DNA of 64,000 nucleotides, from positions 572,016 to 636,015 of the forward strand of contig NW_015167537.1 in assembly GCF_001447785.1 (NCBI RefSeq). Direction: 5' to 3'. Source of the stretch: Gekko japonicus (taxonomy: Eukaryota). Below the pieces are notes generated by a model. It was not told the origin of the DNA. It ran no database searches and saw nothing but the letters and a program-made list of their open reading frames with translations. This document shows, in pieces, positions 25,188 through 39,400 of the stretch (positions within the stretch are counted from its first letter, which is position 1; every line of letters starts with the position of its first letter). The translations under genes were made by a program, and so were the position numbers.

Positions 25188-25420
25188 CAGAGGTCGATTC
25201 GGGGGGATTGTGGGGGATCACCGTTCCCCTGGGTGAGGTGTGGGGGGCGGGGCACATGACAAAGCCCCGCCCCCTGCTTCCAGCCACCCTGCTTCCAGCC
25301 CTTATTCAGCCAGGAGGAGGCAGGAGAAGAGGGAGGGTAAGTTGCTTCCTCCCCGCCTCCTCAACGGGGGCTTGGCGAGAGCTGAAACCAGGGCGGCCGC
25401 CAGAATTGTTGGGGGGAGGG
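25188..25420 (-). mobile_element. Partial copy of the hAT element at 4473-4814
   Basis: Reverse-complement similarity to about 4600-4814, starting CAGAGGTC. Confidence 0.75.
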
Positions 25421-25492
25421 AGTGAAAACAAAGTATAAATGCCTGGATTTTCTGTGTATTTTCCGTAGCAATGTGGTCATCTGCCCCCATGC

Positions 25493-25545
25493 TTGGTTTA
25501 TAGCTGGTTTTGGTTTATAGCTGGTTTTGGTTTATAGCTGTTTTT
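25493..25545. repeat. 17-bp tandem repeat, three units
   Basis: TTGGTTTATAGCTGGTT repeated. Confidence 0.9.
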
Positions 25546-25564
25546 TCTCCCTGGAATTGCCTAC

Positions 25565-25771
25565 CAATGTTCCCTCTAAGCTGTGGAGTCTTGTGAGCAA
25601 AATTTCTACTTTGTGAGCCACTGGCATTAAAGCTGTGAGCGAGTGATTTGGCTACTGCATCAGTTAGTTTGCCTCTGGAGCCCTCCTTCCTGAGTGAAGA
25701 GAAAAATATGTGAGCCAGAGGCTTAAAAGCTGTGAGCTAGCTCACACTAACTCAGCTTAGAGGGAACACTC
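25565..25771 (-). mobile_element. hAT MITE (CAGTGTTCCCTCTAAGCTG family)
   Basis: Reverse-complement copy of 24428-24634; TSD not recognisable. Confidence 0.85.
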
Positions 25772-26612
25772 CTGGTAACTGGAATATGAATAGCTACATA
25801 TTTTGTACTTCATCTATTACCAAACAGCTTTCCTTTTTGGCACTCTGGTACTAGGTCGTCACTGATGTGCTTGTTGTTGCTTTTCTCTCAACAAACCAGT
25901 TACTGAAAATAGATAAAATTGTGTTGAACTTCTATCCTTTTTACCTGACGTGGGTGGTTTGCTTGTTTTCCCCCACATGTGCCATCAGATAGGCTCGCCC
26001 GCTCTGAGTTGGCAATACCTTGGAGAATTTGGGGGTGGAGCCTGGGTGGTGGGTTTAGATTCAGAGGAATTAGCTGTGTTAGTCTGTTGCTGCAAAATAG
26101 TCCAAGAGTTCAAATAGCACCTTTAAGACTAACAAATAGCACCTTTAAGACTAGCCTTTAAGACTAAGACTGAGTGGTGGGTGTGGCCTTATGACACACT
26201 TCCGGTGATGCCAGGGGGGGTGGCATATGCTAATGAGTTATGGCATTTTGAACACACACACAGATTGGTTGATTTTCAGTTTTGCATCACAGTTTGTGGG
26301 ATGAAATGACGTCTGGTTTTCCTGTGCTGTCTGCATTTCTGTGTCACAGTAAAATGGATCATGATCAAGTCACAAAGTGTTCAGTCAAGCTCCATGAGAG
26401 GAGGAGACAGATGGGAAAAATCAGGTAAGCTCATGAGTGAAGAAACCAGCTGTGTCAGTTTACAACGCTAACAAGCCTCCATTTACTTAGATCATGCAAA
26501 GGGAGCTTTGACTCTCGAAAGCATATAGCCCAAAAGTCTTGTTGGTCCCTGAGGTACTACTGGATTTGAATAATTGGAATTCGTTATGACATCTGAATGC
26601 ATCTTCTGTTGC

Positions 26613-26857
26613 TAAGGATACCAGCCTCCTGGTGGGAACTGGGAATCCCCCAGAAGTACTGCTCATCTCCAGACTACAGAGAGCAGTTCCCTTGGAGAAA
26701 ATGGATACTTTTGGATGGTGGACTCTATGGCATTGTACCTCACTGAGGTCCCTGTCCTCCCCAGACTCCACCCCAAACCTCAGGAGTTTGCCAACCTGGA
26801 GCTGGCCACCCTACCCCCCCACACACACCTATGGTCCGGGGGGACCTGGTAACCCTA
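26613..26857 (+). mobile_element. hAT MITE (TAGGGTTGCCA termini, Blackjack-like)
   Basis: Similar to 33295 and 45778 copies; ends GGTAACCCTA. Confidence 0.75.
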
Positions 26858-28906
26858 TTCGTTAACTCACCACAAATCTGAATTCCAAACTGGGATTAAA
26901 GCTGCTTTAGAATCCCAGTTTTTGAGAAGAACTGAACTTCAGTTTCCACAGATACTTGCAATTGGACATCATGGAAAAATAGAATTTGAATGAAGGCTTC
27001 TGAAATCAGAAACATTTCAGTCATGCATTGTGAGTAAGGAGAGAGAGGTCTTGTGAGCATGACACTAAGTCATGCTCATGTTCATCACAAACAAAGCTGT
27101 TAATATCTGTTAATTAGTTCATCATGACAATCTATGCTCATGTGTTTCCTATGGAAAACCAGTTAAAGAATACAGGTATCCCTATATGCTTGGGGACAGA
27201 GTTAGGAAGAAAGATTTATTTTTGTCTTTGTATGCCCTGACATTTGCTTTGCCTTAGTCAGGGGGTTCTCAGTACAATTATTTTTGCCTTTTACTTCAGA
27301 GTTCAATATGTTCTGCTTTGTACTAATGCCATTTTCAAAAGTGTATTGCATAGGTCATTTTGTGAAATAGTGTTAAGAAAAGTCCTGTTGGAATTGCACA
27401 GACTTGCATTATTGGTTTCTTCCATTGCTGAAATCTTTGTTTTTTAAATGCATGCCCCCAATGCTGGTATTCATTTTATATTTTAATTAGGTACATAGGA
27501 GACTTCTAGAAGCCAAAATAATTAGGACTTAGGGCGCTGTGGTACCACACATAAGGTACTGAGATGTAACTGTTCTCCAGTGCCACGTCAGCAGTGATCA
27601 TGGCCAAGCTGTTATCTCACCACCATAGTTCTCCGTCTGTAAAATGGGAATAGTAATGACTTGCCTCATATAAGTATTTAGAGATTTTAAAGTACTTTCA
27701 ACAACAGAAGGGCTACATCAATTTAAAATTAATGGCTGCTTTTTCCATTTAAAAAGAAATGTTACCAAGCTGAATTTTTTACTTAGTATGCTGGGCATCC
27801 CATATACCAGTGCAACCAATTTTTTTTAAATTAATAGCACAGATGGATATAGCCACTATAGCAAGGAATTGGCTGCACTTTAATATTCTGCACTTAGCTG
27901 CATCATCTGGTGTCTGAGAAACGCTCTTAAACTCCTCAACTGACTGATGGATGCCTTTGTAAAGGGTTGGATGGTCACTTTATGCAGAATGATAATCTTG
28001 CTGCTGTACATAATGAGGTCAGTGAAGCAGTGAGCAAGGAAATATACATTTCTGTAGCATGGGTCTGTAAGCACAGCACTGTCTAGGCTATTTAAGTTTA
28101 ATGAGGCAGCAACTGTGCTGCTGCATACTCTTGTTGAACAGTCTCAGCATGTATTTCAAAACGAAAATGTGGCTCATAATCCATGTCCCTGTGCACTCTC
28201 CTTTGAGAGACTGTGGCTCCTGTTCTCATAAGTCTGCATTCTTCTGCATCTCATTGTGTGCTAATGGTACTGGAGTTAGTCATTTGCTTCATTTTCATTG
28301 TAAATGAGGATCAGAACACTATTCCTTTTCTTTTTCTCTGAACATTGGAACTACTGTAAAGTAATGCATAGGCAGCATGCACTGCGCTGTAGAGAACATA
28401 CTCTCTGCAAAGTAGTTGAAACAATTCCTACAATGAGAGTTGAATTTTTGGGCATTTATTTCTATTCTTACAAATTTTCCATTTATTTATTTATGACATG
28501 ATAATATAGCATCCCTCATACCATTTTGCTTGGTTCAAATATTCTTTCCTGCCATTGATAGCTGTTTAACAAGCTTCAGTAAATACAGCTGTGTGGTTAT
28601 GCCAATCAGTAATCAAACTACCAAATGAATAGCTGATTAGCTGAGTAGCATCTCAATGATGCTAGGCAAAAATAAAATTTAAAGAAAAATGAAATTAAAT
28701 GGTGGTGTTCCATAGATACATTATATTTACCATGCTCTTATTATGCTGGTTGTTTTGCACATGATGCAGCATTAGTATCTGAGCTTACTAGACAAAGGAT
28801 GCAAAACTCAAAATGTAACCATCACATCATACTAGTTTCATTAGAGGGAGAGAGGATGAAGAGACCCAGGACTGCTATCTTCTGCAGCAGCCACACGTCT
28901 CCTATA

Positions 28907-29113
28907 CACTGTTCCCTCTAAGCTGAGTTAGTGTGAGCTAGCTCACAGTTTTTTAGCCTCCGGCTCACACATTTTTGTTTCAGCTCAGGAAGGAGGGCTA
29001 CAGAGCTAACCAATTTAATGCAGTAGTCAAATGGCTCGCTCACAACTTTAATGCCAGTAGCTCACAAAGTAGAATTTTTGCTCACATGACTCCACAGCTT
29101 AGAGGGAACATTG
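28907..29113 (+). mobile_element. hAT MITE (CAGTGTTCCCTCTAAGCTG family)
   Basis: TIRs plus 8-bp TSD CTCCTATA on both sides. Confidence 0.9.
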
Positions 29114-30619
29114 CTCCTATAATGTGTCATTTTGCCCTTAGAACTGTGATAATACATTTTTTGAAAAGTCCAGGCTACAAGAATTCTCTGTCCCACTGAA
29201 CATAATCAATGGGCTTTGTCTCTTCCCCAGAAATCACCTACGCATGGACCTTAAGTAGCACTGGAATCCAGCAGCACATGGCTCAGCATAGACAAACATC
29301 TAAAATGAACTGATGATGTCAAAATGCACAATGGACTGTCTTTCTCACTCATAGTCACCATCGTTTGTCGTGATATCAAAAATGGGAAAACTATGGTTGC
29401 TGTAGATGTAGTTTGCATCCAAAACAGTACTGGAAACCATAGTTAGAACCCAAAAATATCAGAGGGAAGTGGTGGAGCACTGGGAGAATCTAGCCAGACC
29501 AGGGTTTGGCAATGAGTTCTGGATAGAGATTCAGTGTACAATGTGTTTGAAGCATGGGTTTCCTGATTATGTGGATAATTTTTCGATCAGTGTTCTATGA
29601 AAGGTGGAAAACTGTCTTCTGTCATTATACCTAGAGGAGTTCAGGACTCCAGGTGTTGAAACACCGCCACCTGTACCTTGATTTAGGGTCAGAAGAAGGC
29701 ACACATTTCCAGGGAACTTGGTGCCTACTGTGTATTTCTGCTGAATGTGTCCCTGTGGAAAATGTAGTCCTAAAGTTATGCGTCATAAAGCCACTGCCAG
29801 CCTTTGCCAAGTGCAGGTGTTATTTTCCTGAGCAATCACTTCGGTCCCATGCAATGTATAAAATTCATCTCTTTGAGGTGATAAGGCAAAATGAATCTAT
29901 GATTTCTTTTTTAAACCTCCCCTTGCAGCATATATTGTTACTGCAGGCAGGTTATCATTAAGGGGGCTGGTGTCAAAAAAAGCCCCTCTGTCATTAAATG
30001 CTGTTTTTGGTGTTGCGCTCTTTGCTTGATGATGTAATGCACTTAGCAATAATGGATTATTTTCTCAGAGGGATTCCAAGTTTATTGTCTGCCTTTCTTT
30101 TGAAAGGTATAACTTTGTCGGTTTGTGGTCAGAGCCTGACATGGAGTTGAAATGAACACAAACTCAGGGTCCTTTGCGCTGTACAACTGGCGGGTGGGGA
30201 GACAAAAGGTTTTCATCTTTCCATTTATCACCAAGACATTAAAGTCTGGGGAGAAAAATAAAGCAAGGGAAGAATGCTTTTAAAGATGTAGCTAGAGGTG
30301 CAATTTCTCAACTCTACATAATTTTAAAATCTTCCCATCCCCTGCCAATAGCAGGAGGCTTTTTTTCAAAAGGGGAAAGAAATCCTCATTTCAAAGAGAA
30401 TCAATAAGACAGTGTTGCGCGTTGAGGATCCTGCTGCATTGTTATTAACGATCCCTGCTTTCCCCTTTGTGTTAAAATTTGTAACAAGAAATGGTGCTAC
30501 TAAAGTCTTGCTGAATTTTAATGACTTAAGATGTTGGTGGCTTGTTATTTTTTTTCTCCCTGGCATTCACTCTTAGCAGCCCTGCCTTTATGAAATTGTT
30601 TTCTAATCTTTTTTCCTAG

Positions 30620-30675
30620 ATGGAAATCCTGTATGAATGTGGAAGCCATTAGGAGAGTAATTGCTGTCTGTTACC
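30620..30675 (+). promoter_or_regulatory. MARCHF3: MARCHF3 5' UTR portion of first coding exon, containing three upstream ATGs
   Basis: Acceptor TTCTAATCTTTTTTCCTAG ends at 30619; ATGs at 30620, 30633 and 30637. Confidence 0.75.
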
Positions 30676-30863
30676 ATGACAACCAGCCGCTGCAGTCACC
30701 TGCCCGAAGTCTTACCAGACTGCACCAGCTCGGCTGCTCCTATGGTAAAGACCGTGGAGGACTGTAGCAGCCTTGTGAATGGACAGCCGCAGTATGTCAT
30801 GCAAGTTTCAGCCAAGGACGGGCAGCTGCTGTCAACGGTAGTACGGACGCTTGCTACACAGAG
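30676..30863 (+). CDS. MARCHF3: E3 ubiquitin-protein ligase MARCHF3, first coding exon
   Basis: [62 protein letters not shown] matches the MARCH3 N-terminus; ACCATG context; donor AG|GTACAG; 188 nt, phase 2. Confidence 0.96.
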
Positions 30864-32665
30864 GTACAGTAGTACCAAGCCAAACCAATGTCCTGTTGGT
30901 CATTAAACTACATTGGGAAGAAAGTGAAGGGAAAGGAGGGGGCTGTAATTACCGGATTTGTGTCTCTAGTAAGACTTTGGCTTTATTTTTGAAAACAGGC
31001 TAAGTTGTATCTGTTTCAGTAGCAACTAGACTAGAAGCTGCTATTCTGCATGTTCACTTTTTTTTTTTTGTATTCTAGGGCACATTTATCCATCAGGTTG
31101 CAAGGTCTGCTCGCTCCTCTGAGTTTATGATTAAATTGTTATGCTCATCATAACTTTATAATTAACACTTATAATTAAACTCATTCAGCTTTCCAGCATT
31201 ATTCACAAAAGGTGGGGGCAGAACTGTTGGGAGATGCAGGTGGCAAAGTGAATAAGTCGCAGTAAATCCTCCTGATGTGTAAAAGAAAACTTCAGGAATG
31301 ACATTTTGCTGAGTTATGTGTGCTGCTTCTTATCGAGAGCAGTCATTTCACTGAGGCAGTTTGTTATCTCAGACTTCCTCTGTCTATTCTGTGTGGAAAG
31401 AATTGTGGACTATTCTCCATCCATTCATGGACTGGCATTTGTACTTCCAGGGCACATTTATCACTGCTGGACCGTCCCCCACTGTCAGCAGAATAGCCTA
31501 ACCCACAGCATGGGCAGAATCTGCATCGGAAATCAGCCAGTAGAAGTACCCAAGGACTGAAAGATTTTTTTTGTCAGCCAATTTATAATTTTATTTTTAA
31601 AAAACCCTACATGGGTTTGACGGTAGGGTTTTTTTGTCTGTTTGTTTTGCAGAAGGTACATCAAGCTGTCTTATATTGAGCTGGTACCTTTATACAAAGT
31701 TATGAAAAGTCATATTTGATTCTCACATTTTTACATTCACACTTTTAATTTTAAAAATAAAGTAATTTTTAAAATAGAGATTTTTTGGGTGGGGATTTTT
31801 AAAAAATCCAGGTTGTATCCTGTCCCCCCCCCTCCCCCGGGTTTAGTACAGCATACATAGGACTCATTTTGTCCTTACACCAACCACTCTGAGAATGAGT
31901 GTCTTGACCAAGTCTACCCAGGGAGATACTTGGGTGAGAAAGAATTTGACTCCCCCCACCCGCAACATTGTAGCTGCTTCACCACATGGGCTCCAATTGC
32001 AAATTAAGAGAGGCTGTACAGGATCAAATTGCTATGGGATTGTAAATTGATGTAAGTGTTGAAACATCCAGTTGATTTATGAATAATTCTGCTTTACAAC
32101 ACTCACAGAGCAGTATCTGATCTACTGTGGTGTTTTAAGGCACAAAATAAATATGCATGCTAGAATAGTAATGTGAAAATACATACTAAGCTGCACACAT
32201 CCCTGTTTAACAATGTTACTGGGTTCCAGCTATTCAAAATTGAGTCTTTCTAACTTGCTAAGAAACAGTGGGTTGGGGGGGGGGGAAATGAAACTGTCCA
32301 GGCATTGGTTGCAGTGTATTTACATTTTTGTGAATTAAATGTTTCACCTTAAAGCTGGATTGAAAGGTTTATAGCAAAAGCCTGATAGAAAAGCCCCAGA
32401 CCTGTTCTCCGTCCCACACAGTATTCTCAAAAGCTGGAAGAAAAGGCTGGTAAAGATGTTCACCTGAGACTTTGGAAAACTGTTTTCAGCCTGAATAGAC
32501 AGCAGTGACTCAGGTCAACCAATGGCTTAATGTGGTAAAAGGCAGTTTCATTATGTTTGTATTGTATGTGACAGATCTCCTAAAACCACTTTATTCCCTT
32601 TTATAGATTTGAGGGGAATCTGTTCTTAATTTTGTTGTTGTTGTTCATTGTTACATAAGTTTATG

Positions 32666-33045
32666 CAGGGCTCTTTTTGTAGAAAAAGCCCAGCAGGAAC
32701 TCATTAGCATAATAGGTCACACCCAACAGCATAAACTCGTTAGCATAAAAGGCCACACACCCCAACAGCACAGTTAATTAGCATATTAGGCCACACCCCC
32801 ATGTCTTCCCTTGACTTGCCCAGTTGCCTCACGGCTGTGGGATGCCTGGCAAGCTGGCCCTTAAATGTCTCCCCGATCCTTCCAGCCCCCCCCCCCCCCC
32901 CGCTCAGAGTCGCGGGGGGGGGGGTTGCTCTCCAGGCCTTCACTCTGTAGCCACGAGCACAAACGTTTTAGCTGTGGTGGGCGTGGCCAACTCTGAAGCC
33001 AGCCGGAACGCCGTTACTGTGCGTTCCTGCCCAAAAATAGCCCCG
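32666..33045 (+). mobile_element. Non-autonomous hAT element with 8-bp TSD and triplicated ATTAGCAT/GCCACACCC module
   Basis: Termini CAGGGCTCTTTTTG / CAAAAATAGCCCCG; TSD AGTTTATG at 32658-32665 and 33046-33053. Confidence 0.88.
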
Positions 33046-33294
33046 AGTTTATGGAGCAGGAGAGACAGCCGAACACCTACAAAAAATTTGAAAAGTCAAA
33101 GCTGTGGTGGGCTTTCATTCTGTGCTGGTGGGCTTTCATTCTGTGGATCCCAGCAATGGGAACCCTTCCTTAGAAAAACAGACACTGCTTTCTTCAAAGG
33201 CAGCACAATCCCGATCCTTGCTGCTCACCAAACAAAAAAGCAAGAGGTGACACACATGGGCACAGCAAAACTGAGGAGGGACACGGAATACAGC

Positions 33295-33477
33295 TAAGGT
33301 TGCTAACCTCCAGGCAGGGCTTGGAGATCTCCCAGTATTACAAAATGGTTGCTTTGGAGGGGGTGGGCTCTATAGCACTGTACTCCACTAAAGTCCCTCC
33401 CTTCCCCAAACACCGCCCTCCCCAGGCTTCAACCCCAAATCTCCAGGAATGTACCCAGCCTATGTTTGTCAACCCTA
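33295..33477 (+). mobile_element. hAT MITE (TAGGGTTGCCA termini, Blackjack-like)
   Basis: TAAGGTTGCTA...TGTCAACCCTA with 8-bp TSD AATACAGC. Confidence 0.85.
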
Positions 33478-36224
33478 AATACAGCAGATGTTGATGGAAT
33501 GATAATACTGAACTGTTTCTGCTTTGAAGAGAGGACGGCACAAACAGAAGTTGGATCCACGTGGAAAAAGAAAGATGGCCACTATGGTACCATATGGAGA
33601 GAAGCAGTGGAAAGAAAGCTCGGGATCAGAACTCAGTGGAGACAATGTGGCACCCAATTTTTTTTAATAAAACAAATACATTTCTACTATTAACAGAAAT
33701 GAGACTTGCTCTGGAGAACTGACGCATTTCTGTTTCAATCTCGATCTGACACCTGACTGGAAACCAAATAATTTCATTGTGCTGTGTCTATGTATCTACA
33801 TCAGTAATATTTGATACTAATAGATAAACGTTTCCATTTCAAACTTAGGCTCCAGCTTTGGTTATGTTTGTTCCTGAGGAATAAATTCAAATGATATCAA
33901 ACATGAAGTACAATAATTAAAATTGATTGCAGGAATGAAAAACAGGTTGAAAAGCTTGGCCTGTTTAACCTAGCAAAAGGGAGGAAGGGGACTGAGAGAC
34001 CATATAATTGCACACTATAAATACGCTAGAAAGGGCAGAATGATTTCAGCTGAGAAAACTATGGGTATAAAAAGCAATGGCCATAAAAGGTCTATTAAAA
34101 ATTTAGGCTGAAGATCACAAGATGATTTCTAAGGAACAGTGGTACAAAATTCTGAAAGACTCTTTAGAATAGTCATAGGAACAAAGAACTGCATTAGTCT
34201 GAAAACAGGGCACAATACATTTAGGAAGCGTTTCATTTTAATAAATGGGATATCTGGAGTGCCAGTAGTGGTTGCTAAGGGTTCACTGAAATCCAAAAGC
34301 CTTCCCTTTCTTCCCTTTTGTCCTGAAAGACAGCTTGGCCCAGGCTACAGATTGCACTCCAATGTTTAGCTCCTCCAGAGGAGGGGGAATGGTGGTGTAT
34401 CATTTACATCCAGTGGGGGTAGCCAATACAATTTTTTCGTGTTTAGTTAACTCTCTTTTAAAACCTTTATTTGATTTTATTAAATTAGTTGTTGAAATGA
34501 ACAAAGTTTGTTTTCATTATCCAATTCAGTCTTCATTTCCAATGGTTTCAATAAGAAAAATGTGGTTGAACTGCAACTCCTCCCGATCCGATCCAGTTGG
34601 GATGACACTGTCAAGCACTGTACCCCTCAACCACAGGAGCCTCTCTGACAAATTTCAAGAAGATAGGAGAACATATCTCTGTTCTATAGAAACTAAAATG
34701 CTAATTCCCCAAACAGGCACAAGAAGTGTTTGGCAACCTGTGAAAGCAGGTAGTGAGCATAACTAATCAATAGGGGGATCCTTGTGTATTTGCCCAAGTC
34801 CACTGTTCATGTGGGAGTGAGGGTCTCTCTTTAAATGAAGCGAAACACGTTAACAGATCAGCCTGGCCACCCTACACCTTATCTCACTGTGCTCTGGAGC
34901 CTGAAGTGTTTGATACCCACAGTGAGACTGGCTGTGAAAAAAATGATTCAAGCACCAGAGCAAAGTGAGGAACACAAAGGGTGTTTTAGGGATTTGTTCT
35001 TCTCACCTGTGTGCTCTTTTTGTTTAAAAATAGACCTTTCTTTCTCTGATTTCTTTACATATGAATATTCAAACTCATATAATTGTACATCCCCCATCAC
35101 ATTTAAGTTAGCACTTGGGTTTTTTAAAAACACTTTTAAAGATGTACCCTGTCTTTCCTCCCTACCTGGTATAATCACAGCTTTGGGAAGGGGCAGTATT
35201 TATAGGGGTTGGGAGAAGGACTAATTGTTCCCCATTGCATCTCTGTAGTTGTTTATAGGGAAAATTAAATATGTCAAGAGATCTCTAATCCTAATCACTG
35301 ATCTCTTGTGCATCTTCTGGTTTGGGTTGGTCAGTGTAACTCTGTGTCATTGATTTCAGTGCAGACGCATTATTGATAATAGACTGTATGGCAGATATTG
35401 CCTGCATCAGGGTATTTGTAGTGTACCATTTGTCTCTGCTTCCTGCCTGGTGTGAGTACTGCTTGCCTGATAGACAGCATGTGCAAGCAAAGCAGTTACT
35501 GCAATGCTTAGCAAATGCAGCTAGCCGGAGAGAGAAAGGAAGAGGAGAGCAGCAAGTAAACAGGAGCCACTGCTTGTTTAAAATCAAAGCGCTCCTGAAG
35601 CCAGTGAGCCAAGAATATGCTTGGTGTAAACAAAGTTATCAGAACATATTTTTCCATGGCAAGATCTGTGTCTGTCATTGCTGACTGGAAAATGTCCTTG
35701 TCAATTTAATATCTGCTAAGTCACTTTTCTGGATTAGTCACTCAGTCTCTTAACCACACACTAGGCCATTTCTCAGTGGAGAGACCAGTTCAAACATTGC
35801 ATAAAACCATACTTCAGTTAAACATACTATGGTTAGTGTGATAGTCTGAATGCATACCATCCCACTGACTTTCGTAAGTTAAGGTCAGTCAAATCAGGGT
35901 CTCAATGTACTAACCAGAGTCAATAAATTATAGTCTTCACTATGGTTTCATGTGGTACAGGAATATAGACATTCTGGCTAAATCATTGGTTGAGGCAAAT
36001 TTGAGTGATTGGCTGAATTGGTTTCACAAACTAACCATAGTTAAAATAAATCATATTTTTTTGTTATGGACGATAACCCTCTGTGTGATACAGGCATAAG
36101 ATTCAAGAGAAAAGTGAAGCAAGATGCCAGCAAAAAATGCTTTACAACAGCAGGTTTGACCAGATAATCTTCAGATTTCTTCCACCCTGTGACTAACTTT
36201 CAGCCTCTCCATTTTCTCTTGCAG

Positions 36225-36429
36225 TCCTTTCAATGATAGACCAATGTGCAGGATTTGCCACGAAGGCAGCAGTCAAGAGGACTTGCTTTCGCCCTGTGAA
36301 TGTACAGGGACCCTGGGAACTATTCACCGCAGCTGCTTGGAGCACTGGCTGTCATCCTCGAATACCACTTACTGTGAACTCTGCCACTTCAGGTTTTCAG
36401 TAGAGCGCAAACCCAGGCCGTTGGTTGAG
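36225..36429 (+). CDS. MARCHF3: MARCHF3 RING-CH (C4HC3) exon
   Basis: Acceptor TTTTCTCTTGCAG; phase fits previous exon (AG+T=Ser); [68 protein letters not shown]; donor GAG|GTCAGT. Confidence 0.97.
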
Positions 36430-39400
36430 GTCAGTAAATGGGGCATGTCCTCAAAAGCTTTGCTTTAATGATGTATGTTTTTACACCCGAATCATAACAG
36501 CTTTGCAGATTCAATGAAGCAAAAGAAAAGCTATGAGTTTGGGAAGCAGGGAAGGGGTAAAAGAAGGGCAGAAAGAGGGCAGAACTAATTAAAACCTTCA
36601 TATTTCAACCCCAGACATAAGTGATAAGAGTGGAACTGATGGCTTTGTTTTTCTGTATTCCTGTGTATATTCATTGGTGCCTTCAGCCGAGAATGTTTAG
36701 TTTACATACTGCATCCTTTGCTTTAATTCAGACATAGTCAACACAAATCTATTGAACATTAGGAGGAATTTATTGCTCGGGATTACAAATACAGGTTAAA
36801 ATTTAATTTTTAAAAATTTGGCTACTCGGCCCATTGCTGTATTATAGTTTTAATAATTGTTGTTTATTTGCCAAATGCTGGTAGTAAACCACTCCCCCCT
36901 AGTTGCTTATATTTTGAATACTGCAGACTGGGGTGCCATTGTTCTCATTTAATTGGATGTAATGGGAGAGAGTAAGATGCTTTCTAATGTGTCTTTTGAA
37001 ATGTATTACAGGTCACTTAAAAAAATAAAAGTGAAGCAGTGATGATGATACTGCAGAATAAGATCTTTTTCTATGAGATATAAAGAGTTAATTGAAAACA
37101 TGACAGTATAAAAATAACATTCATCATTCACTTGGTAGGCATCAAATGTCTTATTATAGAAAGTTGCTATCCTTATGTGAAACCATGCTGACATTCATTT
37201 CTTTCCAACAATGATGCATTTTTTAAATCTGGTTACAAAAAGTGGAATATTTTTTTCTGTTCTCTGTCTCTGCTGCAATACTAACTAGGTCAGAGGGTCA
37301 TAAATTAACTCTTCCAAAAGTACTACCCCCCCCCTTCATTGCTGTCAGAATCATATTTTATATCCTGCAGTAGGATCATCAATAAAGGCTGTAATCCTAC
37401 TTAAATTGATAGGATTTAATCTAGGGTATACCTATTGTTGCAGCCAAATGACCCATCCAGCAATTGCTATGGGTACAGAGGCTCCAGTGCATTCTCCTGC
37501 CTATGCAGCCTATGCCTATGCATATTCACCTCACTGGAAATGGAAACTTTATGAGTTCGTCACTTTGTGCATATGAAATGAACTCTGCTGTCCAGTAAAG
37601 TGAATGGATTGACTTGTATGTGGAGGAGATTTATATATACCTAAAACATGTTGGGATTATGGGAAATATCCTTAAGTGGCAGGAAATGTGGATTTTCTAA
37701 TCACAACTAGCATATTAGTTGTGCAGATCCTATTTTTGATTGTTAAATGAACAATGATTAACAGTAGAACTTCCATCAGTAAACTATATGCTTGGGCAAC
37801 AGCCAATAAACATATTGTTCCCTCTCAGTCTAAATCTATCCTGAGCCTATTAGACTTGTGTGTTTCTTTCATTATTAGTTACAATAATTATGAAATTGGG
37901 ATGTTTTGTAATTATTGTAATTAATGCAAAAATTACATACATGTGTGAGGTATTTCCATCCTGAAGGATAGGGAATGGGACTTTGCCTTCCTCTTTCCTC
38001 CCAATGCTTGCCCTGCTATCCCAAATATTTTCTTGCAGTCTGCACTCTCCTCTTTGCCTGTTGCTCTCCAAACTTTAAACCCCATCAAAGTAAATCTACC
38101 TCAAGGTTCTCCTCCAGCTGCTGTTAGCCAAATTGCCTTGATTTATAATTGTGGGGAATATGAATATTAAAAGGCAATAGGCATTAAATATAGGATCAGA
38201 CCCGTTGTATACTGGAGTCCCACTTATCCAAATCCCAGAAATAGACGCTGAGACTAGATCTTAAAAAGTAGTGATTTCTTTTACTAAAGGATTATCACAT
38301 ACAAACATAAAATCAAGCATTCACACAAACAATATAGAACTGAGAAAGCAGAGGTGATTGATAGCTGATAGAGGGGTCAGTTATGGGGTGATACTACCTG
38401 TCCAGACGTGCAGAGGTCCATGAAGAAAGGATTATGGCTCAAACCCAGAGATTTGAGGGTGAACTGCCAGTTGGCATCAGGGCAGAGGCACACGGTCTGA
38501 GGCCATGTGCCTGAACGGTTATAGACACTGGAAAACAAGGCAGATCAATGGGAGGCCTTGGGGGCTGGTCTCAGGTGAGAACAACAGATTACCTGGACCA
38601 ATGATGAGTCCCAGGGGTGTGTGGCATCAGGATGGGCAAGGCCTGGATGTGACCAGTGAGCTTCCAGAGGGGCAGAATCTAGCTATCATGAGACTGACAA
38701 TATTTTGATTGGGTTTAGCTAGGTGTTGGATGACTGTACTTGGGCTAGTTGAATGGATTTTATGACCATTGATGGTTCTGCCAAGGCAGTTGAATAGGTT
38801 CCCAGATACAGACAAAAGATGAGAGATGGGTCCTTGATTAGATTGCTAAACATTTGAATGATTGATTGGTTTATCTCGGCATCCTGAGGAATGGAGCAAG
38901 GAAGACAAGTATTGAGACAAAGAATTACTGGAGACAGGGCTATTTGCCAGGTGGCCTCTGAATAGCCTTTAGAAATGTAGATGTTTTACCTGGTGAAACT
39001 GCCATTGTTATTCCATAAGCATATCTCTGCTGGGTGGAGGGGGAAGACTGGAAGTTTCTCTGAGGGTTGCCTTGTTGCCACCTAAATATGAAATCCCTTT
39101 TTGCAGAGTACTTGCAGGCTGACTCTGTGGTTCAAGCTGAGAGTGCTTGACTTTTGGGGACTTTGGTTCAGGTTAGAAAGTGGAGTGCCCCTGCTTTGGG
39201 GCTACCCAAGAGTAAAGGCAGTGCCTCTGGCAACACTGCCTGGCTGTTCAGGTGCCTTACCCTCCTTGTGCCAACAAATCTCCTTGCTTATCAGTCTGCG
39301 TATTCCTTATACTACTGATCTTCAAGCTAAGTGGCTGCAGTGTCATCTGTATTACTGTTGGGAATCTTTCCTATCAATTCTCCCAAAGATTTTAATGCTA

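Noticed and set aside
30661-30675. TTG start extending the MARCHF3 N-terminus as given in the ORF track
   Set aside because: Known MARCH3 proteins begin MTTSRC; ATG 30676 has good ACCATG context
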